The notes under the pieces are model-generated. The model saw only the letters and a program-made list of their open reading frames with translations, made no database searches and had not been told where the DNA came from. DNA of 64,000 nucleotides. Source: Prorocentrum cordatum (lineage: Eukaryota). Within the stretch, counting starts at the first letter, position 1; each line of letters starts with the position of its first letter. The DNA is taken from the NCBI GenBank assembly GCA_963575745.1, contig CAUYUJ010000003.1:124001-188000 (forward strand). The letters are read 5' to 3'. The position numbers and the translations under genes were made by a program. Shown piece by piece: positions 13,091 to 23,265 of the stretch.

Positions 13091-14464
13091 GTGTGGTGAA
13101 GTGGGTGAGGTGGTGTTGGGTCGCATCGAGCTCGGTGCGCCGTAATGTCGTCAGAGCGCCCGTCAGGTGGCGATCCGACGCCGGGGCCGACGATCCTGCG
13201 AACCACCACTTGGGCAGACCCGAGGTAAGGTTGCCGTGGAGTTCGCCCTCGTCGCATCCGTCGGCGCGGCTCGGCTCGCCAATCGCGGGTGCGCCAAGAA
13301 GGCGGATGATGCCGCCTGTGATATCTGAACCGCTGTCGTCGTGCTGGTCTTGGACGACCTGCCTGCGCACTACAGGCGCATGGCCTTCCTTTATCTTCCT
13401 CTTCTCCTGACGAATGCGCTCTGCTGCGGATTTGGCACTGGCGGCGCAGTCGCCGGATGCCTTCCGTTCGACAACGGACTCAGGGTCGCCGACGCAGTTG
13501 CCCTTAACCCCCATGGCCGGTCGACCCCCAGCAGGGGAGGGACCATTTTGAATGACTTGTCGTATTTGTCTGGGTGGTCCTTAAATCACACTCTCCTCGA
13601 TGGTCCTGTGCTGGGGTCCTGAATCTGCAGCTTCGCGTGGTGGGCGCGCCGCGTGGAAGCCCGGCCGCGCTGCTTGGGGTCGCGCCTGTCAGTCGCCATT
13701 GGACAGGAAGTAGTGCTCAAATCTGGTGTTGAAGCTGTTGCTGTGCCTCGTCGAAAACGCGCCTTCGTCGGCGCCGCTGCTCGTCGAAATGCAGTCGCGG
13801 TGGGGCGCAAGAAATAATACCTCGCGGCGCAACGGGGCTAGGTACATCCGTCGGTTCATGATCGTCCAGCCGTAGACGTGCCCCTCCAGATTGGTGCCAC
13901 ATTTGCACAGCTGGCTGGGTGCAGGGGCGCCTGTGAGCATCGCGGAAGCAACCCTGCTGCGATCAGCTCCTAGGGCGAATGGCTCGTGGCATGCTCTGTG
14001 CTTGCAGGAGTAGGAGCGCGTGCGCGTCGGTCATCTGCTTCGCGGCGGGGCGAACCGAATGTGAACCGTGGATGCCGGAGATCACGACCCTGGTAACTGC
14101 GTCCTCGACGCGGGCACGTCAACGGGACAGTGAGTCGAATACGCGGTGGATCTCACCCTCGCTCGCGCCGCGAGTGACCCGCGACGCGCTGTAGTTTGCG
14201 ATGGGCAACGCGGGGTCCGATAACGACCGAGACGCGCGATCAAAGTCGGCGTCGCGGATGACGCGGCAGCCGTGGTGCTGCAATGCCTGCAATGTGTCCC
14301 GCCCCCGTTCCAAGACGCAAGCGGGGCGCCCCGGGCCTGCTGCCCCCCTCTGTCGGGCCCGGCGATTCCCTGGTGGGTCGGCTCCTCAGGGCAGTCGGCA
14401 ACATAGTTGCCCCCCTGACCTGCGGGGGCAGGGGTGGCTGCGTCGCTCGGCATGCAAGTTCAGC

Positions 14465-14860
14465 CGAAGTGTTCGAAACCAAACGATCCACATAGACAAT
14501 GGAGATAGGCTAGAGAACCGCGATCTCGGCGTCGTCGCATTGATCCAGGATGCGCCGGGCAATGCGATGGCCCTGCCCGACCGCGTGGGCCCGCGAGGTG
14601 GCGTTGCACATGGTGACCATGACCTCCCCGCGGTAGTCGGGGCCCGCGCCGCCAGCGCTGTCGATGCCCTTGAGCGCGAGATTTGAGCGCGGGGCAATGC
14701 GCATGTATGCGCCCGGCGGCGCTAGTGCTCCTATGCGGGTGGGTGCCAGTTCCAAGCCGCAGGTCGGGGTGCTTGCGTCGGAGCTGGCGCGTAGGTCGCA
14801 GCTGGCGTAGCCCGCGCTTCGCGCTGGGGCTCTCGCATTCGGACTGAACAGTTTGTCTTG
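14465..14860 (-). pseudogene. dut: Trimeric dUTPase domain within Copia pol
   Basis: KLFSPNARAPARSAGYASCDLRAS (motif 1), RIAPRSNLALKGI (2), GAGPDYRGEV (3), GHRIARRI (4), CGSFGF in a shifted frame (5). Confidence 0.88.
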
Positions 14861-15139
14861 ATCTGGTCGAATTCTCGTCCGTCGGCGTCGTGGTGCTCCT
14901 GGCCGTCGCTGCCCACTGCCAGTGGCGTGAGCTGTTTGGGCGGCAGGCTCCCTGAGGGCGGCTGGAGCTCACTGACGTCGTCGACTAGAATGTAGAGGTG
15001 TCCGCCCGGAACGAACTCCATGCCGACGTGCATCGCGCCTGGGCCCCCGGTGATCTCGCGGCCGCCCGGTCTCGGGGAGGCGAGGCGCTTGTTTTTTGAC
15101 GCCTGTCGCCGCCGCCCCGTTGTTGGACCCCGCGGATTG

Positions 15140-15430
15140 CCAACCTAACGGGGCAGAGATAGCGTCGCCTGTGCCCTCCACGGCCGGAGCGAGCACGCCG
15201 TGCCGAGTGGTCGCTCCATCGCGCGATGTTGTGGCGATGGGGCAATGGATTCACCAGTTCGTCACTTGTGACCCGTTGCCCACTCCTGCCACGTATAATG
15301 GAGCAGACAACCTCTCCTCCGAGGCTTGGAGCTTCGCCAGCATGGCTCGCCTGGCCGAAATCTGGGTGAATCGCGCGGCCCAGAGGTTGGTCCAGGCGCC
15401 GGTGTCGACTATGACACCTAACCGACCACC
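15140..15430 (-). pseudogene. Retroelement aspartic protease
   Basis: GVIVDTGAWTNL...PLYVAGVGNGSQ (DTGA active site); in-frame stop downstream. Confidence 0.85.
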
Positions 15431-16757
15431 TGCAAGCGATGTGCTTTCCAGGTAGCACGGCGAGTCGTTCTGGGGGATCAAGCCTGCGCCTGGCGAGCTC
15501 AGCCACCGCGGGAATTCAATCCCATGTGGCGTTGGCGCGTGCGGAGACACGTGCAAGTCCAAATGAGCGTCGCAGGGTACTCGGACGGGAAACTGGAAAG
15601 ACTGCCTGGAGATCTCAGAAGATCTTGCCGCGGTGTCCCGGGTGCTGGAGTTCGCCGAGGAGAAGGTGCCGCGTCCTGCTGCGGCGGCGTCTCCTGCGGC
15701 GCGTCTCTGGCGGGCGCGTCGCGGCCCGGCGCCGCAGGTGTCGGACCCGCGCGCGCGCGCGATCTGTGCCAATGAAGCGGAAATCGGCGATGACGTCGGC
15801 TGGTCCGCGGCGCGCGGGGCAGTGGACCAAGCTGGCGCTGGTGTTCTGCATGAAGATGTAGGCGGCATGCGCGGTGCAAGATGCGTCGGCGCAGGCGCAG
15901 GGGCGTCGCGCTGCCGTTGCCGCCGCCGGCGTCCATGCAGGGGGGGCAGCTGGCCAAGGTAAGCGCGCCCACTCCGTCGGCCCTCCATCCGGAGTGGGGG
16001 CCCTTCCGTTGGTCAAGGAGGCGCTGGAAGCTGGGGGCCCACCGACGGCGTTGCTCCGACCATGGGCCTCGGAACCGTCGTGGGTTCCCGCCCCGAGTGC
16101 GTCCCTCTTCGTTGGCGCATTGGGTTTCGTCTTCTGTTGCGTCGTTGCGGCTGTCACCGCGCCTGGGGCGCCCTGCGCCGTAACTGCGGTGATGCCCCTC
16201 GTGCGTCGCGTCGCCACTGCGCTGACTGCCGCCAACTGCGCGAAAGTCCAGGGGAATGCGCATCGGGATCTCGCCCTGCCAGTCTGTAGGGAGTCGGTGG
16301 GCATGCCGATGCGTCGCGTGCCATGAGAACGCACGCGTGCACTCTCCGACCTGAATCGCTGTCCCTGGCATGTGCGGCAGCATAGCTGTCCAGCGCTCCA
16401 CTGACTTCCCATTCTTAATACTTAATGATGCTACTACCCGCCTGCGCTCATTTTCAGCCGTAAACCCGGCCCGCGGGGCCGAACGCGACTCCACCGCAGT
16501 TGGAATGCGCCCCGGGAGAAGAGCGAGACGCGGCGGCTGGCGGGCGTCGCGCCCCTCGTAATTGTCGAAAACGTACTTGTTATGTTAAATGTTATTGTTG
16601 TCCGTCTTGGCGGGCACGAGGGCATGAACGCGGAAAGCAACGCGACTCGGATCAACCATGCTGAGCGCGGTGAATAGGATGAGGTCGAGGAATGCGAGCG
16701 AGAGACGGGCAGGGGTGCCGCGCGGGCCATGGTGGCGAGAAGGGTGGAACGGAGCTG

Positions 16758-16770
16758 TGCTCCGCTACCA
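16758..16770 (-). promoter_or_regulatory. Primer-binding site, tRNA-iMet-like
   Basis: Minus strand TGGTAGCGGAGCA, 2 nt after the 5' LTR end; resembles the TGGTAGCAGAG initiator-Met PBS. Confidence 0.7.
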
Positions 16771-16772
16771 AC

Positions 16773-17020
16773 TAGGAACACGGATGTGATGGACATGGCG
16801 CCTCTTGCAATGCGCGAACGAATGGGGGTTGCGCGGTGCGCGTCTGCAACGGGCGCGGAAGCTGGCCGGTTTCCGCGCCCGAAGCTACATGGCGGCGGAA
16901 GGGGGGAACGGGCGCGGAACAGCTGGCCGGTTTCCGCGCCCGAAGCTACATGGCGGCGGAAGGGGGGAACATTTGACAAGGCAGGAAGCAGGAACATGTA
17001 GGATACATACCGTTCGAGTA
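16773..17020 (-). repeat. Truncated 5' LTR with internal ~60-bp tandem duplication
   Basis: tgtgatggacatggcgcctcttgcaatgcgcgaacgaat vs tgtaatggaaatggcgccttttgcaaagcgcggacgaat at 7468; 16849-16970 is a near-perfect dimer; ends at a poly-G run. Confidence 0.7.
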
Positions 17021-17299
17021 AGGGGGGGGGGGGGGGGGGGGGGGGGGGGGTGCGGGGAGGGGGGGGGGGGGGGGGGAAGAGGAGGGGGATGGGGGGGGAG
17101 GAGGAGGAGGAGGAGGAGGAATAGGAGGGGGAGGAGGAGGAGGAGGGGGGGGGTGTGGAGGAGGAGAAGGTGGAGCGTGCCAAAGGGTACCAGTCTCCAC
17201 TGACCTGACCACTGCGACTGCTGCTGCTGCCGCCGCTGCTGCTGCTGCTTGAAACGCTCCCCTTGACCAAGAAAGAGCAGCCAGCGCCTCGCGTCGGGG

Positions 17300-20200
17300 T
17301 CGTGATTATCTGGTATTTCCTCGCCTCCACGATAGTTTGTGCCAGGATCGCTCGACCCAGCAGCTCTCTCTGACGCCGTCGGCATGGGGGGCGGATGGAA
17401 ACAGAGATGGCACCGAGCGGAGGCAAGACGAGAGGCGAGACGGTAAGAATGATAGCATGCGACAATAAAAGCAAAGTGATGGCCGCGAATGCCAAAGAGA
17501 AACGCGGGCTGGGCGGGGAGCTGGGAACGGAGAGCGCGGGCAGCCCAAAACTGGAGTCGAGAGCAGGGGCGGGCGCGATGGGAGACGCGGTCGGGATCCC
17601 CAGGGCAGCCGAAGACACGCCCGCAAGGGCGTTGCACCCCCCCTCCTGTCGCCCAACCCCCAAGGGCTGACTTGGGGGCGAAAAGAGCCCGAGCCGAAGG
17701 GATTTCCCAAAGCGCCTGTCTGTGGGCCTCCCAATCCTCACTCGACAATCTCAACCTTAAGTTAAAATGTCTTCTCGCCCTCTGGGCCAAGAGCGCTTCG
17801 AGAGGGGCCCGAGGGAGCCCGGACTTGAAAACGCGACAGAACCGACCCTGCTAACGGATAGGCGGCTCCTCTCGAAGATCTTGGGGCGTGGAATGAAATG
17901 AGCGCATCGCTTCGGCTCCGCGCTCTCGAAGCACGGGGTCCGATGATAATCCCTTCGCTGCCTCGTCCAACGTCGAGGCAATGGCGGGGGGGGGGGGGGT
18001 GGGGGGGGGGCGGGGGGGCGCCAAAAGGGCGGGGCCAGAGATGCGTTGCCCCACCAACCAAGAGCGCCCGCGCCCACCATCGTCGCACGAAGGCGCTCCA
18101 AGTTCTGACGCCACGTGGAGCACGCATGTAAGGACGACCGCATGAGAGCGGCTGCCGCGAGGGCCTGAGTGCTAGGAGCCTCGGGCAAGCCACAGCGCGC
18201 GAGCTGAAACCAGTCGCCGTGGCGAAGGGGAGTGAACGGCGCGCGACGCATGCGAACAAAGGGCCTGCGCTCGGTCATGGGACCACTTGCGCAAGGCTGG
18301 AACTGCTGCATCTTGTAGCTCAGGACTGCGACAACTCTCTCACGATATCCAGCGACCGAGACTGCGCGAGGGGCACCGCGCGCGCCCGAGGCAGAGGAGC
18401 GACGCAGAGTTTTCTCAAATGGCTCCTTCCACTCATCCTCTGGAGTCGCGTCGGGCCCGGGGAGGCATCCGAGATGCATGGTCTTCCCAGACGCTAGAAA
18501 AAAGCTCCACGACTCCTCGATCAGGCCCAGGCCGCGCTGAAGCTCAGCACATGTCTAAGGCGCGGCAGGGGCCCGAAGCGGAACCGCAACAGATTTTCCA
18601 AGCAGGTGACGAACCCCATCCCTCCTCCACACCACCACCCCGATATCATCTGCACATGCGCGAACCACTCCCCGATTCTTGCGCGAAACATGGCGTTCCA
18701 TGTCGGCAAGGAATGAGTTAAGTGCGACAATGAACAGCGCACCCGATAGCGGGCGCCCCAGCAGGACTCCTGACAACATACAGTACAAGAAGACCAGTGA
18801 GTCGCCGACCATGGAGTAGCAAGAGTTCACGTGATAGAGCACTCGCACAGCAAGCCGAAGACCATGCGGAATGGGAGCAGCATCGAGAGTAGCGAGCATC
18901 CAAGACTGGCGAACAGATGGGAAGGTTTGGGCAACATCAAAAGCAAGGAGAGGGGCGAGCTGGGGGGAATCTTGATTTTGCCGAATGCTCGTCTCCCGAG
19001 CCGCCGAATAGAGACCAACAACGTTGTTTAGAAAATTGCGGCGCGGAATGAGGCCGCGCTGAGACTCAGGCGCATGGCCTTGGAGGGCGCGGCATGTTGC
19101 CAGGTTCAAAACCGCAGCCGCCACCTTATTCGACGCATGTTTCAGCCCGCGGGGTCGCACTTCGCCTCCCGCGCGGGTTACTCCCGTCGCCGCAGTGTCC
19201 TCGCCCTCCTCCGGCTTCGGGATGAAGACTTGGAGAGAGGCATTAAAGACGGGGGACATAAGATGACCCGACAGGGCCCGAAGCAAAACGCGATGCAGGG
19301 TTCGAGGACCAGCCCATGGCCGCCAGACGGAGAACGGAAGCTCATCGGGACCCGGGGCAAAGGAACAGGCCCCCCGGAGGAACTGCTCAACCCCGCGGAG
19401 GCAGGGAGGAGGAAGGCCCCGAAAAGCAAGGTCCGACGGTCCAAACTTCTGGATACATTGGCTGGCTCGATGCAGGAGCGGCGTCTCCTGCGCGAAGATC
19501 GGGGCCCAAAAGCGATTGAGCTCTTGAGCAACCCATTTAGGCAAGGAAATCACCTCGTCCGATCCCCCCCCGCCCCCAACTCCGCCCAGCACTCCAGCGA
19601 AGTGTTTTCGCCGCCCGAAGCTGCGCCGCAGCCTCGAGCGCCTCGCGACGGCGGCGCGCCGCTGCCTGAAGCGGGCTTGCATGCCAGGGCGAGGCTCATT
19701 GTTGGCCTCAGCTTCCAGGGGCCAAATACTCTGCTGACGCTCTTGGCGCTGCAACGAAACGTGGAGATCGTTGAGCGCTCCGGGGCCCAGGAAAGAGACC
19801 GCGCTCTGTCCTCCGCCCGCGTGGAGGTCGGACAGTTGAAGGCGAGCGCAAATCCATCCGCGGCGAGCGAGGAGGCAACGAGCCAAGCGGACATCTCGGC
19901 GAGAGACACAGCGAGCGGCCGAGCGAGCTGCCATGGCACGTGAGACCAGGGCTCTCGGTTGAACCTCCAACTGTAGATCCCGCACTGCTTTGGCCGCTAC
20001 CCTGCTGCAGAGGGTAGCGTAGCGAAGAGCCCCGGGGGCTCGCAACGGTCAGTCGATAAAAGACTCAGATACTCGCGCTCAGCCACAAGCTTTGGGCACA
20101 GAGGATCAGCGACGACATGGCGCGGAAGAGGGCGAAAATGAAAGGGGGGGGGTACCGTGGAACCAATAGCCCGTGGCCGAGCTTTCATCGTGAGAGTGAC

Positions 20201-20935
20201 AGGTGCGTGGTCACTGACACCTGGCAGAAACATGTCGCGAGGCCCCTCATAACGTGAAACCTGTCGCCGGCCCTCGCAGAGAATCCACGGCGGCGTCGCC
20301 GCGGAGAAACGATCGACACAAGCCTCGGAAAAGAAAAATCCCCTGGTGCCATCATGTCGGGGCCTCGCACGAGAGTTCCGTGAGCTGCTTCCAAATCGCC
20401 CTCCAGGCGCTGCCCCCTGCTCGCGGCAGGCGCGAGGAACCGCTCGAAGAGCGCGCCATGTTAGAGCCCCCGTTGGGAATGAGCTCGACGCGCTGTGGGC
20501 GCGACCGAACGACTGACGCCTGCGCCAAAATCGCACGTTTGACGGCCGCGAGGGCCGAGGCGGGGATATCGAAATTGCGCGCTTTCCGATTGGTCAAACA
20601 AAAAGTTGGGGATGAGAGTTTCAAGGTCAGAATGCGCCCTGGAACGAATGAAAGCTCTTCGACCTGGAGGGCATCGCCCAAGTCAGGAATTAAAATGGCT
20701 CCGCCTGCGTTCGAGCCCTCGCAGTCGGGGCCGGTAACTTTATGCGAGGACTCGATGCGCTGGCAGAGCTCGGCGACAGCAGCGGGCGCGCCATGCGTCT
20801 CCTGGAGACTCGCCAGCGCTCGACTTAACGGGGGCACTCAATGCGCGCAGCCGCCGCGCCATGCCCGATGACGAATAGTGGCAGAGCGCTCGAGCATTCC
20901 ACGCGACGAAGTCGATGGAGTTGCCGCCGAAGAGA
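17300..20935 (-). pseudogene. LINE ORF2 (APE endonuclease + RT), frameshifted
   Basis: VAWNARAL, LQETHG, SDHAPV; APGPDELP, QRGLIPRR, AFDVAQTFPSV, SGVLLGRPLSG, ACADDIG; C-terminal GWATG..CGRVFGCPG.PDRVSH...CSRL. Confidence 0.9.
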
Positions 20936-20938
20936 GTG

Positions 20939-22386
20939 TTACCCACACCGCTCGACCTGCCTCGGGGCGAAGACTCCCTTGCCAAGTGCCACCGGCGATG
21001 CGTAGTCGAGGCCCGTGTCCGTGACGCCATTCTTGTTCCAGAGGACAGAGGGGGCTTCACCGGGGGCAACATTGATCTTCGCGACGGGTTCCCATTGATA
21101 GGTAAGCATGCCAGCGTCCTTGTCAATGTAGATATTGTGAGTGGTGCGGCACTGGGCTTCCAGTGCATTCCGATGTGCACGGCGGGCGCGCCCTCGAGGG
21201 AGATCACGCAGATTCTTGTCGCGACCGACATGCGCAGGCATAGAGCGACCGCCAGGCGCCATGATCGCAAACGACCGCCACTGGCCACATCCGAGGCGAA
21301 GTGCACTCTGGCAGCGCCGAATCCGAGCCAAGCGCGTATCGGGCCGAGCATGCGAATAACGAAACCTTTTCCCAACTGCGGGCCTTCCAGCCGCACCTCC
21401 TTGCCGTGCTCGCACCCACAGGCCGATGCCCATTCCTGCAAGCACTCCCTCGCATGGATGAGAGAGATCTCTTTTTATGCCGTGACCGTGAAGATGGTGG
21501 GGTCGATCTCTCTATCCCAATCGCCAGTGCGAGCGACTTGAGCCCTCGGAGGAGCAGACTTCGCAAGGTCGAGCTCACCCTCGAGTCTGGCGAGGCGCTC
21601 CAACATCTCACGTTGTCCTGCTTCCACTGCGGCAACCTTCTCGTCGGTGGCGTCGAGCCTGGACGCGAAGGTGTTGATGTGATTATCAACGAGCGCGTCG
21701 AACTTCTTGAAGGCAGGGGCTGTGGCGGCCGCCAGCGCTCCAGGCAAGTGGGCCTGGATGGAGTTGAGACACACCGGCGACATCTCCCGCAGGCATCGCT
21801 CTTGGAATTGAGCGAGCAGTTCGTCATGTACTGCAGGCATCTCTTGCCGAAGCTGTGCACGAAGAAGCCCAGCTGCCCATGGGTCGACACCGCGAGCCGT
21901 ACCTTGAGCAGATGCAGTGGCCGCCCCACCTGGCAGGGCGCGCTGTGGGCTGCCCGCCACGGGAGTGCCGCACCGACCCGCAGGCGTGCCAGGAGCGCTT
22001 TGTCCCAGAGGCAGCGCAGCGGCGGCAGCAGCCGCGGCTTGCGCCATGCGCACTGCAGCCATCTCCTGCGAGGGAAAGGTTGGTGCGGTTTCCCAAACGG
22101 CTTGCGTGCGTTCACCCTCAGGGAACGTCGGCATGTCCTCCATGCGCGCCAGCGTACTAGCGGGCTCCCTGCCAGCGCTGCGGGAGCGTGCCGATGGTGC
22201 AGGGGAAGCAAGGGCCGCCGCCGCCGCAGCCCGTAGCTCACCGTCAGGATGTTGCCGTGAACGAGCACCAGAGCGAGGAGGAGTGACGTGAGAGCCAGCA
22301 CTGCAGCCCGAATCAGGAGAGCCAGATGCAGCGCGCCGACGACGAGGAGTCTGTTTGATTGCCTTCTTGCGGCCATCCCGTCCCAT
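20939..22386 (-). pseudogene. LINE ORF1 (coiled-coil protein), interrupted
   Basis: ATG ~135 nt after the SL; 303-aa open stretch with heptads (RLDATDEKVAAVEAGQREMLERLARLEGEL) and WDREIDPTI; continues past a stop and a frameshift to ~20940. Confidence 0.7.
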
Positions 22387-22519
22387 AGCAGCCCGATGGC
22401 GAACAGAAGAGGGAGACGAACTCTTGGCCCCAGCAGCGCGCAGCTCGACTGGGGTTGCCTGAAACAGGAGCTAGCCTCGGACCAGAGGTGTCCACTTCTG
22501 GCCCCGAGGACAAAAACAT

Positions 22520-22541
22520 CTTGAGCCAAAATGGCTACGGA
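22520..22541 (-). other. Dinoflagellate spliced-leader (DinoSL) relic, exact
   Basis: Reverse complement is TCCGTAGCCATTTTGGCTCAAG, matching DCCGTAGCCATTTTGGCTCAAG; not followed by the GT donor of an SL RNA gene. Confidence 0.95.
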
Positions 22542-22723
22542 GGAGGAGGAGGAGGAGGAGGAGGAGGAGGAGGAGGAGAAGGGCAGCAGCAGCAGCAGCA
22601 GCACCAGCAGCAGCAGCAGCAGCACTGCAGCTGTCGTTGACTCGGTGAGCTGTGGCCCGCGGCGGAGGCGAGCGGTCAAGAGACCCCTGGAGAAACACGG
22701 GCAGCGCGCGCGGGCGCCACGGC

Positions 22724-22778
22724 CTCGAAGGTGACGGGGTCCTTTTTCTGGTAGTTGATATTTCTGAGCAGGGGGCTC
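22724..22778 (-). CDS. Exon of CSD/RanBP2 protein (CSD1 middle)
   Basis: TAG|G acceptor; encodes SPLLRNINYQKKDPVTFE, which parallels SPDMAEVEFEREDLVEFE in CSD2; GC donor. Confidence 0.75.
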
Positions 22779-22989
22779 CTAGAGGAACAAAACAACCATA
22801 CCCGTCGGTCGGACAAAAGTTGGTAGAAACATGAAGCAGGAAGGCGTTGGGGCTTCCACCCGCCCCCTGAAGAGGAGGGAAGAGGAACAAAATCACTCGA
22901 TGATTGAAGTAGGAAGGCGCCTAAAGTAGATTGGGATCTGAGAACCCAGAAGTGCCTACTCTCCACGACCGATGGGTAGACACAAACTT

Positions 22990-23100
22990 TCAGCGCTCCG
23001 CGCGGATTTCTTGGATCTTCGGGCCCCCTTCCCTGGCGCGCGAAGCGCGCCGGGGTGCGGCGCCGGACCGCCGATCCAAGAGATCTGCGCGGACCGCCAA
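22990..23100. mobile_element. MITE-like family (copies ~22990-23100, ~38525-38650, ~40080-40205)
   Basis: Terminal inverted repeat ccgcgcggatttcttggatc / gatccaagagatctgcgcgg; similar arms in the other copies. Confidence 0.6.
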
Positions 23101-23124
23101 CAGCTTATGCTGATGCTGTTTCTT

Positions 23125-23246
23125 GCCATCGCTCGGGCGTCCATTCCCCGTGTACCTGTCGGTTTCGCGCGTGCTTTTTTTGCTCGCTGATCCAGGGTGC
23201 TCCTCGATGGTCCTCGCCGAGACGCACACGTCCGAGCGATGCCAAG
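23125..23246 (+). repeat. Dispersed repeat; copy at ~30368-30494
   Basis: gccatcgctcg..cgtcc...gcgcgtgctttttt...tgctcctcgatggtcctcgccga...cacacgtccg.gcgatgccaag shared. Confidence 0.8.
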
Positions 23247-23265
23247 GTTTCTCTTCTTCGAGCTC

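Larger units (their letters stand above)
7458..17020 (-). mobile_element. Decayed Ty1/Copia LTR retrotransposon with dUTPase and DNA methyltransferase-like domains
   Basis: Domain order PR-dUTPase-DNMT-INT-RT-RH on the minus strand (integrase before RT = Copia); direct terminal repeats, PBS and PPT; many frameshifts. Confidence 0.88.
17170..22541 (-). mobile_element. Full-length decayed APE-type non-LTR retrotransposon (LINE), 5' end capped by spliced leader
   Basis: SL, ORF1, endonuclease, RT and a C-terminal C..FGC...H...C region, all collinear; flanked by (GAG)n on both sides; 3' boundary approximate. Confidence 0.88.

Noticed and set aside
19074..22236. Plus-strand ORFs of 205-311 aa
   Set aside because: Antisense shadows of the minus-strand LINE ORFs
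22440..22541. SL RNA gene
   Set aside because: The SL is followed by ATG TTT, not a GT donor and SL intron, and leads into LINE sequence
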